From: a virus
Taxonomy: Duplodnaviria > Caudoviricetes
Reading direction: 5' to 3' (one strand)
Length of the DNA stretch: 32,102 nucleotides
Virus record (IMG/VR): IMGVR_UViG_3300017761_000827
Span: 1 to 32,102 of that record
The notes beneath the pieces are model-generated. The model was given only the letters and a program-made list of their open reading frames with translations, was not told the origin of the DNA and did no database searches. Within the stretch, counting starts at the first letter, position 1, and every line of letters begins with the position of its first letter. A program made the translations under genes and the position numbers. Of this stretch, positions 10,401-18,872 are shown piece by piece.

Positions 10401-11894
10401 CCGGTGCTCGGTAGTCGTTATGGTTATACAGAAACCACGGCGGCTTTTTCAAAAGCCACATATATGTATTTCAAAGGTGGGTATGACGACAACACTACTA
10501 TGGGTAACCCGCTTACTGGGAGACCAATGGCGGATCGGTCGATCATGGGGGATAAATCGAAACTGTCTCCAGAGCACCGAGAATTGTTTGAAGCTGGTTT
10601 AGAGCAGTCGGCGTTCACTAGAACTGTCGGCCAAGAACTACTAGAGGTACGCCGTAAAGGACTTTCTGATCCAACAAGCATGACGCTAAGAGTACAGACT
10701 TGGCTCAGCCGGATGTTCACCAACGTAGAACGCCACAACCGGGAAGTCACTCTCCTTGCTGCTTATGAACTTGCCCGTAAGGGAAGCAGCAGCCGTAAAA
10801 AACTTGACCACGCGCAAGCCATTGAGGAAGCGATTAAGACCGTAGAAGAAATCCACTCTTCCTCTAAAGCGGAACTTGGGCCTGCTCTGGCGCAGACTGG
10901 TTTTGGCAAAATCGCTTTCACGTTTAAGCGCGTGATCATGTCCATGCTGTATTTGCAGTACAAGTTAAGCAAGCAAATGCTGGCGGGGGCTACACGGGAA
11001 GAAAAGTATGAGGCGCTTAAGGCTCTAGCCGGAACTAACATCATGTGCTGGACGTTCGCAGGGTTGAAGGGCGTTCCTGTTTTTGGTGCGGTATCGATAG
11101 CGGCTTCGCTAACTAAATCTATCATTGACAAAATCGATGACGACTACGATGACGAACCTTTAGATCCGTACAAGTATGTGCTAACCCACTGGGGACGCAT
11201 GGCATCGAATGGCCCGCTTGGCGTACTTACCAACATCGACTGGAGCAGCCGTACAGGACTGGGCGCAGACTCCCTTTGGAAAGGTGACCCTCAAACACTT
11301 TCAGAAAGTGGCCCGTTAATCTATATGATTGAAGCGTTAGGTGGCCCTGCGTATGGCATTGCAAAAAATACATGGGAAGCCATAAAGTTTTATTACCGTG
11401 GGGATACCTACCGTGCCATTGAGACTGCTGTTCCGGCAGTGGTGAAAAACCCAATGAAGGCTTGGCGGTATGCAACAGAAGGTGTTCGGAACCAGAAAGG
11501 CTACAAGATCATAGACGACCCGACTGGGTGGGAACTCTTCACGCAGGTTGGCGGGTTCACTTCTGATCGTTTGTCAGAAACTTATGAACGGAACAACATT
11601 GCTTCAGCGGAACAACGCCGAGGGAGAGAGTTAAAAAGCAACCTTCTTGCCCGTAGAAATCTAGCCAAATACGCTAGAGATCGCGATGAATTAAATGACG
11701 TAGAAGCGGATATTAGGCAGTACAACCGAAGTGTGTGGGGCCGAGAAGATAAAATTGATGGGGAAACTAAAGAGAAATCTTGGAACGGTTGGAATCAACA
11801 AATGAAAGATTCCGTCAACGGTTTATCCCTTGATAATAAACATCGTAAACGTCTTATTGAAAGCGCGGGATTAGAGGATATTGGAGAAGACTAA
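4449..11894 (+). CDS. Giant internal virion / polyvalent protein (zincin-like, ART-like and PLxRFG-like segments)
   Basis: 2481-aa ORF with GGAG SD; Ala/Gly hydrophobic N-terminal region; LHEFGDHLG near 7959; H...GVFGSYTYL...GYDGLIL...VVAFEP at 8427-8945; YFPLFRRGDFW near 9714. Confidence 0.75.
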   Translation: MQTFLVKTPDGRAFEVDGENENDAINYLQNALGGDTDSSAPIAPQRPSIDSTIDAYGRYLNRQGETSPEEAPQQDDTYLQDLLARTKRQRGFGDNFGPAFSRASTGVESTVTDLIPAAYYTFTGNEQAAKDQLAEAKAKQEEAARLNPPQFKGVEEVTASTVLPFLGEKLGEALPATGATLGLALAAPAAALALGASPALATAAGAATAYLGSFAMNAPNELQNLYDKTGNLELPAAAISGGLQSALDILPELRLAGKIAGPLKAAVTEKLLAKSGMNPSLIKSVAKETGIGFAGEGLTGGAQEAISIAAEKIVTENKDLWGSEEFSRVLNGAVNEAVGGLAFGPVAGAVDYGRQTGVIAEREKAQRAEEEAAAKTQKDAEEAAELAGLPERYQTIDARLQEAETNLAATPGSKQLQIQRDQVLAERKALEARETFLKTPPEERAKVEAAKEQAPAVEGPKAARDYTVSDLLKELGVTEQEAAAAIKEYNSRPDKPAGEENFRVGFKDLARGDVANKFSTLLDILQPRHIADIKDDTDAQLEFGRRVDEVKATHPNLQSDQIEADKIAGIKPTQFGKEFKAITGDAKITAENAPQIYTALVARRDQVKPHNPPLADFFDAQIQKFNLLKEAQATAVSGPVTPPAVAQKVVTPEVTPVEGPSQEEVEKALQEEYDRQEAAEQLAKDIADEQTDMAEKDGEVSQNKKQVEPDTGPIEYLQKNIDPRYGRIIESSEQFGALSRRGNDYTALNKMVGRRIALDHLAGNITLSKKFDKDSPEKRQEHLDYVNTDEFGADSLDFSSTKEVDEAGNLSPYSALFQRSGGEHGKKFYNSLTWEEQQYVKNKVRELSDTEMSVEQTRLAAEPEEETTAEGDTLEEAIASKEALPGLYAKQDEIAGKIAEMTEQGASESAIAAVLKEKPDLTSEQAAENAKNRELKALQKEASRVSRQIAKSIELQDAPTVKELNTLSEHIRAIENDIARPIGKVVPLEIRQANIEGAPEAYFRGWQKKLREQLAEAKDRYAFGADVLEGAFNRLRNGVVRVGRSLESAQRIKGPNESALRGALEGQYEKLRKFVDLHPQFDYLVKEEELRKAFPTYRPPAVATTPEKAIDSLSRAMGRNIGKVVSVTTTPEKAGLKNVPAGARAMVSPEGKAYLFTDMIPEGDELSVFLHEFGDHLGMRALVGNGNYNYLVNKVKEWAANTKSDSRESRLARKALKRVPEKTDVDDEILAYFIEEAVRDGINPKDLQSSVKPETLSESLKAFFNKVMGGVKNLLSKLRLNPENIKAQDIVDLAYGAAHLELDNQIAAPQLTPIKGHEFSGTLNARHTGVREVTKWLKSKDVPVEERYDGGNGVFGSYTYLDEKGNWVSGKMGIGGRYSNVVMDVQAKFKKAFVWTPKTSDELWKVLGKDKKGKLSGDKISETLHKKGYDGLILRGWEDFIEKEVPYPEELKNMEYGEEYEKINKAWKKKYNELSQKIGFYLDEAQDQVVAFEPETQLKTFAATPNAPRIKVRSPKKLPKAKFSMAPAGEFVSAPRVRRDTPALVTMREDPIGATETVSDVQTVAERIFGLMDSIVDAAPEWSQKTLKAVQNAIENPVAKDSRSLINDALSLRELAEENKTSNPEMSTAILDLHKAVSKRDFRAATYLQEMEKFYTSAKKRLGKFDLNTQKMFHNLVHQSTLKRIQFDKSENKGHPLTKQFESMNADLQKLYFELRDQYAGILQKFLDQIDTSEVLGPASKVLAKLMAKQITPYFPLFRRGDFWLRYVDPTTQEDWVLAFENNSDRRDAERFLKSNGMKEITPFRRPKEVTMDNLPPTRQFRDIIKLLEEKLPRDPTTKEMTPSAQDALNEVYGTWLTMFPTQSIMQNFRPRKGTLGFREDSLANFAEVGSRMAMNVAQFESIQSIDKAINAAKGARGNRPNAKDNAAWESIQSRVPFLKNPVQKDGFVGALAAKSGYLSYVYYLIGNPSTAIANYMQLPIIAVPVLGSRYGYTETTAAFSKATYMYFKGGYDDNTTMGNPLTGRPMADRSIMGDKSKLSPEHRELFEAGLEQSAFTRTVGQELLEVRRKGLSDPTSMTLRVQTWLSRMFTNVERHNREVTLLAAYELARKGSSSRKKLDHAQAIEEAIKTVEEIHSSSKAELGPALAQTGFGKIAFTFKRVIMSMLYLQYKLSKQMLAGATREEKYEALKALAGTNIMCWTFAGLKGVPVFGAVSIAASLTKSIIDKIDDDYDDEPLDPYKYVLTHWGRMASNGPLGVLTNIDWSSRTGLGADSLWKGDPQTLSESGPLIYMIEALGGPAYGIAKNTWEAIKFYYRGDTYRAIETAVPAVVKNPMKAWRYATEGVRNQKGYKIIDDPTGWELFTQVGGFTSDRLSETYERNNIASAEQRRGRELKSNLLARRNLAKYARDRDELNDVEADIRQYNRSVWGREDKIDGETKEKSWNGWNQQMKDSVNGLSLDNKHRKRLIESAGLEDIGED

Positions 11895-11915
11895 CCCCGG
11901 TAATGAGCCGGGGTT
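11893..11915 (+). terminator. GC-rich hairpin between convergent arms (no U-tract)
   Basis: AACCCCGG-TAATGAG-CCGGGGTT overlapping the TAA of the giant ORF. Confidence 0.55.
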
Positions 11916-11934
11916 GCTGGGAACAAGGGTATGG

Positions 11935-12141
11935 CTACTTAGATTTGTATACACGCCATACCCGCACTCCTCTTATCCCATTCTCTATCGATAGCCGCAC
12001 TACTACTAAAAACCCTCGTTTTTTGCATTCGTCTTTGATTATCTTCTTGGCGTATTGCCAATTCAAAACTGGGATAAAAAACGAAGAATACGGCTTAAAC
12101 TTATCCCACTCTACGTTAAACTTAATTGTGTGAATCCGCAT
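11935..12141 (-). CDS. Small basic phage protein, probably DNA-binding
   Basis: W..F....SFFIP and GVRVWRV motifs seen in small phage DNA-binding proteins; overlaps end of primase gene, GGGGT SD-like sequence. Confidence 0.65.
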   Translation of the reverse strand: MRIHTIKFNVEWDKFKPYSSFFIPVLNWQYAKKIIKDECKKRGFLVVVRLSIENGIRGVRVWRVYKSK

Positions 12142-14926
12142 TACCTACCCCACCTAAAAACGATTCGTCAAACTCGTACTGGAACACATAGGTATTAACC
12201 GGCGGTGCGCCCACTACCTTAGTGCCTTTGCCTAAGCGTTTCTTTCTCTCCTTCAAAAACAACCCTTCAGCTTTCATAGTTTTAAGCAAGTCATTACAGA
12301 TCACCCGGTGTTCGGCGCAATACTCCTTGAACACTTTGCTGGAAACATAGACCAACTTAGTGTCTGGCTCCATGCGAATTAACAAATGGTTCCGGGGTTC
12401 TTGCAAGGGTAAGCAAGGGAGGTTGGTCTTAGGGTCTAAACTATCTCTAATGACGAGCGTGTTGCCGACGTTTTGATTTATGAACTGCCCAAGAAAGTCG
12501 GTGTTAGACACCTTCTGATCAGATACGGCACGGCGCAGATCAGGCACCATTTCATCGAGTGCCCACTTGAGGATGCGCTGAATATCCCAATCAAGGATCC
12601 CAAGCTTCACGGCGATGAGACCTCCGGTGATGTTAGCTGCGATGACTGCCGACCAATACCTGTCCCGGTTGCTGAACTTGCAGTAGTCATCTATATAAGC
12701 CTGCACCTCATGGTAAAGCTTAATCGCCTCAGGTAGGTTGCTCACTAGCCACTTGATGAATAACTGCCCTGCTATGCCGTAGTTCTTGTTCAACGTCTCT
12801 TCAAATAGCTTGTAAGCCTCGCGCTTATCCAAAAGATTCGTAGCGTTAATCCGGTACTCCAGCAACCGCATCACCTCACCGTTAGCCATAGACTTGTGGG
12901 AGGCTAACACTTCCGTCATCGACGCATTAGAAGAACCAATCCCGATAGTGCTCCATGTGGTGTCGTTCTTGCGCTCCATGTTAGTGAGAGCTTGCATACG
13001 CCCCGGCCCTTGACCTTGAGACACGGAATACAGCAGCCGAGAAATATCTTCCGGCTTCATATTCGTAAGCTCATCTGCGGTAAACGCCAAGTTGTTCAGC
13101 ACCCCCAACCGGAACAGTTTGTGGGCTAAGGTGTCCGATTCCTTCGACATTAGCTCGTTAGGGTGGCCATAGAAACTGTTGATCATCCGCAGAATTGTCG
13201 TTTTCCCTGTTCCTGAATCTTTGTTTATCAGATTAATGAACGCCCCTTTGTAGTTGGAGTGCCGCATGAGAGGTGCCCCCAGAGCGGTCAGGACTGCAAA
13301 CGCATGAGGCTCAAATCCGGGTTTGTTATAGACGTTAGCGACCTTCTGCCACTCGGCGTATTCCCCTTGGCAGTGCATCCACTGTGCGACAGACAGCGTA
13401 GTCTCAGACGGGGGGCTATACCTGATCTCGGTGGCAGAAATTTCTTTATCCCCCACCACAAATCTTGAGTTGTCCTCCACCCATCCCATCTGCTGACGCA
13501 AGACTTCTGCATCATTAGTGAACTGTTGAAACTTAGCGCACTCCACTAGATAACCCATAATCCCATCCACTAGATTTGGCATACAGATACAACCATTCCC
13601 CGCAAGCAGTTTGCGTAGTTCCTCTTTTGAACTCATCACCGACAGAGGAATCACAAATTCTTTCGGCTTGTCTTTGGGTAAATGGATTCTAGCTAAAACC
13701 AACTCACCCCGGTCTTTGTCCCGCATACGTTTGACAATAAACAAATCATTCTCGTAAACCAATTTCGGTTCTTCATCTTTGACATCTTTATATACTCCAC
13801 CATTCTTAGCTCGGAAGAACGGATACGGCATAGGGGGGATTGGATACAGGACTGTCAGCCCTTCTTCCTCAACCTCTAATACCTCTTCTTCGACGGGCGC
13901 TTTCTGTATTTCAGTGCCCAGTACGATAGGGCTACGGATACGCTCCTTGTGCGGGCAACCCTCACACTTTTCCGGATTGAGGCTTTCAAAGATGTCGCAC
14001 CGATACGGCTTATTCTCAAGCCTGTCGGCCTTGAGTTCCGTTTCTTCTCTGCTGTAATCCTCGTGCTGATCGGAGATAGCATGAACAGCAATTTCCCAAT
14101 CAACGCAGTTGCGGGCAATCGAAAGCCCCGCACGCCACAAAGGCTCGGGGATCTCCTCCTGCTTAGTCAGGATGTACTCAAGCTGAGCACAGCCCTTACC
14201 CTCAACAATCCTCTCAACAATCTTCTGGAAACTAAACTTCCTATCCCCCACCAATTTTTTCATCAGGGGGCTAAGCCCCGGCTTGATGTGTGACGGCGTA
14301 GGTGGCAGTGGGTTGAACGCAGCAATCGCGACTTTGAGCAAATCTACATCTATCTCCGTAGGCTCAAAGATAACCTCAACCTCAGGATAAGGTTTCCGCT
14401 TAAAGTTCAGTGTCCCCGGCAGTCTTAAGATTCGCGCTTCATCAGCAGTCACCGCAGGGTCAGCACGGAACTGATGATCTTTGCACAGCGTCTTAAGTCT
14501 TTCAGCGAGCGCCTTCCACTCATGCCTCGGGATAGTCTTGTTGAACGGCCAATAGCAATGGAAGCCATTACCGGAATCTACAATCCCCGGCGCACCAATC
14601 TCGATTTTATTGCAGAACTCGACAAGCTCCTCAAGCGCCTGCTGCTTGGAGCTAAACTTCTTGGGATCATCAGGATCTACATCGAGATCCATAAATAGAG
14701 TTTTGTAGAACAGCGCATTCTCTTTGATACGCTTGCCCATCTGCCCATACTTGGCGCAGCCAAAGTAAATGTTGTAGTCCTTGCCCAGCAGCCTCCGTAC
14801 TTGGGCATCGATGTCGTCAAAGCTTTCTAGGAATACTTGCTTTGTAGGTGAGTTTTCTTTTAACCCTACAATGCAATACGCCCCCTGATCGGACAATACT
14901 GTCCCTAAAAATTCTCTGTAGTTCAT
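12122..14926 (-). CDS. Primase-helicase fusion (RepB'/AEP-type primase + DUF927/Cch-like helicase)
   Basis: MDLDV, DSGNGFHCYW and RILRLPGTLNFK primase motifs; Cys cluster; Walker A SGTGKTT; Walker B FTADE. Confidence 0.9.
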   Translation of the reverse strand: MNYREFLGTVLSDQGAYCIVGLKENSPTKQVFLESFDDIDAQVRRLLGKDYNIYFGCAKYGQMGKRIKENALFYKTLFMDLDVDPDDPKKFSSKQQALEELVEFCNKIEIGAPGIVDSGNGFHCYWPFNKTIPRHEWKALAERLKTLCKDHQFRADPAVTADEARILRLPGTLNFKRKPYPEVEVIFEPTEIDVDLLKVAIAAFNPLPPTPSHIKPGLSPLMKKLVGDRKFSFQKIVERIVEGKGCAQLEYILTKQEEIPEPLWRAGLSIARNCVDWEIAVHAISDQHEDYSREETELKADRLENKPYRCDIFESLNPEKCEGCPHKERIRSPIVLGTEIQKAPVEEEVLEVEEEGLTVLYPIPPMPYPFFRAKNGGVYKDVKDEEPKLVYENDLFIVKRMRDKDRGELVLARIHLPKDKPKEFVIPLSVMSSKEELRKLLAGNGCICMPNLVDGIMGYLVECAKFQQFTNDAEVLRQQMGWVEDNSRFVVGDKEISATEIRYSPPSETTLSVAQWMHCQGEYAEWQKVANVYNKPGFEPHAFAVLTALGAPLMRHSNYKGAFINLINKDSGTGKTTILRMINSFYGHPNELMSKESDTLAHKLFRLGVLNNLAFTADELTNMKPEDISRLLYSVSQGQGPGRMQALTNMERKNDTTWSTIGIGSSNASMTEVLASHKSMANGEVMRLLEYRINATNLLDKREAYKLFEETLNKNYGIAGQLFIKWLVSNLPEAIKLYHEVQAYIDDYCKFSNRDRYWSAVIAANITGGLIAVKLGILDWDIQRILKWALDEMVPDLRRAVSDQKVSNTDFLGQFINQNVGNTLVIRDSLDPKTNLPCLPLQEPRNHLLIRMEPDTKLVYVSSKVFKEYCAEHRVICNDLLKTMKAEGLFLKERKKRLGKGTKVVGAPPVNTYVFQYEFDESFLGGVGNADSHN

Positions 14927-14938
14927 TGTTGCGTGTCT

Positions 14939-15190
14939 TTAGTTATGTTTTATAGCCACCCCTCCAACATTTAGCATAGCTACAATGCGATCACTGTATG
15001 ACTGCCTCGGTGTTGACTTGCCGACAAACCACTTATAAATCGTCATCTTTGAAACCCCAAAATACTCCGCTACTTCAATAGCAGAGATGTCCCGACTTAT
15101 ACAGTAGCGTCCAAGTTGAACACCGAGGCTATCAGCGGGTGCGCGGGCATTAGCGTCAATGATGCGCGTGCTGTAGCCTCGGTGATCCAT
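14939..15190 (-). CDS. XRE/Cro-like helix-turn-helix regulator
   Basis: SAIEVAEYFGVSKMTIYKWFVGKSTP HTH signature. Confidence 0.85.
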   Translation of the reverse strand: MDHRGYSTRIIDANARAPADSLGVQLGRYCISRDISAIEVAEYFGVSKMTIYKWFVGKSTPRQSYSDRIVAMLNVGGVAIKHN

Positions 15191-15192
15191 GA

Positions 15193-16203
15193 CTACTCTT
15201 CTTCGTCGTCTACTTCGGTCGCCTTAGGAGCAGCGAAGCGGCTGATGATGCTGTTGAGGTCTACGCCCTTGGCCGTAGTAACAGGCTCCGGCTTAGCCGT
15301 TTTAGCCTTCACGCTGGGGGGCGGAACAACATCGTCGTCCTCGTCTTCATCATCTTCCACGATGACTGCGGGCTTCTTAGCCTTCGGCGGCGGGGGAGCT
15401 TCTTCTTCCTCTTCATCTTCCTCAATGTCAATAACCGGCAGGGGCTTGATCTTCGGCTTGGGAAGAGCAGGATTCTTAAGATTGTCCGTCTGCTGAACCG
15501 GCAGTTGGATAGCCAACTCTGCATCAGGGGACTCAGCCAACTCCTCCAGCTTCTTCTTCATCGACGGGCCGGGGTGGCCGACAGCCGAGAATACCAGCTT
15601 CGGGGAATCCGCATCATCATCAAACGACATGCGGGTGATGATGTGGTCGATGCTGAAATTCAAAGACAGGATGAACTTCTGATACTGCTCCCACCCCATG
15701 TGCTTCTCATCCCCCTTGGCAAACAGGGACTGCGAAGGAATCACGACCTGATAGATACCGCTATCCGGATCGTTAGCAAGGGCGACGGCCATGCGCTTGG
15801 AGTAACGGCAAGCTTTCTTACCCACCCCAGAACCCGAACCCTTCACGTTCATCGGGCATTCGGCACAGGAAGCAGCCTGCGGATTAGCGGCGCTGGCGTG
15901 CGGGACAATGCCATCAGGAGAAAAGCAATCCGGTGCAACAGCCCCCTCCGCATTCGGGTCGTAAACCTGCTTGTAGTAGGTGCGCTGGTTTTCACGGGTG
16001 GTGTTGACCACCACGATGTCCATGTACCCATCCTTGTTCTTAGCAATCTCTTCGCCGCCAACGATGCAGCGGAAGACACCATTACGGATAGAAATCCGCT
16101 TGAGGCTATTGCCCCGCTTGAGCTTCTTTGAAAGCTCGGACATCTCACCCCGGATGTGCTCGGGGACTCGGGTGGGTTCAAATGGAATAATGTCGTAGCT
16201 CAT
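15193..16203 (-). CDS. Probable single-stranded DNA-binding protein (Cys-containing, acidic tail)
   Basis: Beta-rich N-domain with C..CAECP..C, acidic/Pro-rich linker and DDEEE C-terminus; lies in replication module; GGAG SD. Confidence 0.55.
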   Translation of the reverse strand: MSYDIIPFEPTRVPEHIRGEMSELSKKLKRGNSLKRISIRNGVFRCIVGGEEIAKNKDGYMDIVVVNTTRENQRTYYKQVYDPNAEGAVAPDCFSPDGIVPHASAANPQAASCAECPMNVKGSGSGVGKKACRYSKRMAVALANDPDSGIYQVVIPSQSLFAKGDEKHMGWEQYQKFILSLNFSIDHIITRMSFDDDADSPKLVFSAVGHPGPSMKKKLEELAESPDAELAIQLPVQQTDNLKNPALPKPKIKPLPVIDIEEDEEEEEAPPPPKAKKPAVIVEDDEDEDDDVVPPPSVKAKTAKPEPVTTAKGVDLNSIISRFAAPKATEVDDEEE

Positions 16204-16212
16204 TGCTATCTC

Positions 16213-16614
16213 CTATTTAGATTTGCGTACTGTGATGGTGTAAGAACGGTCGATGTTCAACCCTGCGGGGTGCTCATCCGGGTTCTCTTCTAGGAACGAT
16301 TTGATATTGCCCTGATGAATGCGTCTTTCCAAAAGCTCAAACGCCTTGTACTCATGCACCATGTTGTAGAACGACTCCCAGTCGTTAGTGGTGTACCGAG
16401 TCTTAATCCCACGCATAGCAATCCCATGCGGAGTCTTAATGCTGTCGGCCCCAATGTCTTTGCAGAGGTCGATGAGAGCGTGCTCAACAACTTCCAACTG
16501 CTCGTCGTATTCTTTGACGACCTTGGCTAAATTAGCCTCGGCTTCGCGTTTAGCATCGCGGATGGCGATATAGGCAGATACTAAGTCTTCTGCCGTGAAT
16601 TGTCCAAAATCCAT
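16213..16614 (-). CDS. Conserved phage replication-module protein, coiled-coil N-terminus
   Basis: AAGGAG SD; helical N-half, SIKTPHG and terminal ITVRK pattern typical of genes adjacent to phage SSBs. Confidence 0.65.
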   Translation of the reverse strand: MDFGQFTAEDLVSAYIAIRDAKREAEANLAKVVKEYDEQLEVVEHALIDLCKDIGADSIKTPHGIAMRGIKTRYTTNDWESFYNMVHEYKAFELLERRIHQGNIKSFLEENPDEHPAGLNIDRSYTITVRKSK

Positions 16615-16663
16615 AAATTCTCCTTGGTTTGTGAAGGATGAAACGCAGATTAGTCCCTATAGT

Positions 16664-18235
16664 TTACTCTGTCAATACTCTTTTGTACAAATCGATAAGT
16701 TTTTCGTGACTCTCTAGGCGGTTTTGAAGCATTGCATAAAGGTCGCGTTCAACCTTGGATCCTTGAATATGCACCACGGTCATCGGGTTGCGTTGGCCGT
16801 GTCGGTCGATACGCGCATTGGCTTGGAGATAGGTCTCAGTGCTGGTGACGGGTGCGTACCAGATGATCACATTAGCAGCGGTGAGGGTAACCCCGTGCGA
16901 AGCGGCGGCTGGCTGGATAATTAAAACTTTAAGATCGTCGTCTCCTTTTGTTTGGAATCGGTTGAAGATTTCATTCCGTTGCGTAACGCTAACTTCCCCA
17001 GAAATAATTTCATTGGGGATTCCTTCTTTAGTTAAGAATTCTTTGACGATACTTATCGCGTGTTTGAACGGGACAAATACCAAAACTTTAGCACTAGCTT
17101 CCTCAATGACTTCTTTAACGACCTGTAGCCTATTGGATACATCGAACTCCAAGGTGGCCTTGCTGTTGCTGTACACCGCCCCGCAGGAAACTTGCAGGAG
17201 CTTACTGAGGTTGACGGCAGCGTTGGCAGAAGTAATCTCCTCATCCCCGGAGATCACAAGGAACTCCTTGCGGATTAGCTCGTAGTATTTTTTCTGCTGC
17301 GCCGTAAGGGGTGCCTCACGGTCAGTATGGGTGACATCAGGTAAGTCTAGGCATTCCTTCTTAGTGAACCGGATAGCGGGTTGCAACGCCTTGAAGATTT
17401 TCTGGGAAGCGTCGTTCCTTGGGATCCACTTGAACCGGCTAATGTTGATCATTACTGATTCTTTGAATGCCCCAGCAAATCGAGGCACTTGATGCGGGAC
17501 ACATAGCTTGGCTAGGCCGTAGGCGTCGAACGGTGATTGAGCCGCAGGAGTGCCAGTCATCATCCATAGCCACGTTGTCGGCTTGACCAGCTTGTTCATA
17601 AGCTTCCAGCGTTTGGTGCTGATAGTTTTGTAAGCATTAGCCTCGTCAATGATGATGAGGTCAAAATTATTCCTAGCAATATCGTCGGCCACGATGTTTA
17701 TGCCATCGTAGTTAATGATGACGTATTCATAATCTCCGTTAATTATCTTGGCTCTTTTTTCAGCCGCGTTAATTCCACTTGAATGCGCTATTCCTGTGCT
17801 TCTATGAACTGCAAACTTGAATAGGTCTGCCTGCCAAGCTGCCTGCATAATGGAAAGGGGGCATACGATCAGCACCCGTCGCACATAACCAGCCTTGATC
17901 AAGTAGTCAGACGCCCAGATAGCACTAGCCGTCTTGCCCGTACCCTGTTCGTTGAACACGAAAGCTCTAGTATTAAGCGTCAGGAACTCAGCCGTGTCCC
18001 GTTGATGAGACATTGGAGGAAACACCCCCGGCCAGTCATAGTCCCTGTGAATAGGGCTAGGGACATTTTTAACTTTCAGCTTGTTGAGGTGCTGTGCTTC
18101 TTCCAACCCCCAGTTGACCACAACGGTGTGAATGTCGGAATCAACCCTTAAGGTCTGCGCGTCTTTGATGACTTCAGTTATTTTGTCGGGGTTTCGTGTC
18201 CTAACCGCAATGTACTTGTTATCTATGATTTCCAT
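16664..18235 (-). CDS. SNF2-family (SF2) helicase
   Basis: QGTGKT, VCPLS, IIDEA, TGTP, HGVTLT and QANARIDRHGQ helicase motifs. Confidence 0.93.
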   Translation of the reverse strand: MEIIDNKYIAVRTRNPDKITEVIKDAQTLRVDSDIHTVVVNWGLEEAQHLNKLKVKNVPSPIHRDYDWPGVFPPMSHQRDTAEFLTLNTRAFVFNEQGTGKTASAIWASDYLIKAGYVRRVLIVCPLSIMQAAWQADLFKFAVHRSTGIAHSSGINAAEKRAKIINGDYEYVIINYDGINIVADDIARNNFDLIIIDEANAYKTISTKRWKLMNKLVKPTTWLWMMTGTPAAQSPFDAYGLAKLCVPHQVPRFAGAFKESVMINISRFKWIPRNDASQKIFKALQPAIRFTKKECLDLPDVTHTDREAPLTAQQKKYYELIRKEFLVISGDEEITSANAAVNLSKLLQVSCGAVYSNSKATLEFDVSNRLQVVKEVIEEASAKVLVFVPFKHAISIVKEFLTKEGIPNEIISGEVSVTQRNEIFNRFQTKGDDDLKVLIIQPAAASHGVTLTAANVIIWYAPVTSTETYLQANARIDRHGQRNPMTVVHIQGSKVERDLYAMLQNRLESHEKLIDLYKRVLTE

Positions 18236-18240
18236 TGGTC

Positions 18241-18450
18241 TTATGTTTCGTATTTGAAGTATTTACTTAAACGTCTTTCGTATTTAACAGAATTTCTCTT
18301 GCACAGTTTGGCGTTAACACACGCTTTGCATGTTACTTGATGCCCGTCTTTAGCTCCCGATTTATGTGAGTATGATTCAAGAGTTTTATTTTCTTTACAT
18401 ACAGGACATTGTTTTACACCGTATGAAACATATGGATGCCCGAATGACAT
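18241..18450 (-). CDS. Small zinc-finger protein
   Basis: KQCPVCKE...DG....CKAC; TAATG stop/start overlap with upstream HNH gene. Confidence 0.65.
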   Translation of the reverse strand: MSFGHPYVSYGVKQCPVCKENKTLESYSHKSGAKDGHQVTCKACVNAKLCKRNSVKYERRLSKYFKYET

Positions 18451-18746
18451 TATTTTTTCTTCCGCGAGACGTTCTTCTTAACCGTGTGATCGGGGTTCCG
18501 ATAGAAGCTACGGTTGTCGCTCGGAGACTCAAGACGCATATTAGATAAAGAGGAATCGCCACCTTTGGACAGCGGTTTGATATGCTCGATGTCCTTCCCC
18601 TTGCGCTTGATGACCTTGCCGTCTTTACCGGGGTTATCAAACTCGTACCGCGCACGCTCACGGGCTGCGCGGGCTGGCCCTTCGCCTCTGGCTTTCTGTT
18701 GCTCATATTCCTTTTTATAGGGTCTAGGCTTGTTGACGTAAGGCAT
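18450..18746 (-). CDS. HNH endonuclease-like protein
   Basis: DIEHIKPLSKGG...SNMRL.....NRS; ATG at 18746 with AAGGAG SD. Confidence 0.8.
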   Translation of the reverse strand: MPYVNKPRPYKKEYEQQKARGEGPARAARERARYEFDNPGKDGKVIKRKGKDIEHIKPLSKGGDSSLSNMRLESPSDNRSFYRNPDHTVKKNVSRKKK

Positions 18747-18870
18747 TGCCAAACTCCTTTTCAAAATCGGATTCAAATTTATCTAGAAACTCGTCGAACT
18801 TTTCCTCGCCTAACTCTTTTTCCAGCTGTTCCCAATACTCATCGTCTTTTTTATGTTTTCTCTTTTTCAT
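18724..18870 (-). CDS. Small charged protein, 48 aa (below ORF-track cutoff)
   Basis: GGAG SD; MKKRKHKKDDEYWEQLEKELGEEKFDEFLDKFESDFEKEFGNALRQQA*; fills the gap between exonuclease and HNH. Confidence 0.6.
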   Translation of the reverse strand: MKKRKHKKDDEYWEQLEKELGEEKFDEFLDKFESDFEKEFGNALRQQA

Positions 18871-18872
18871 CT

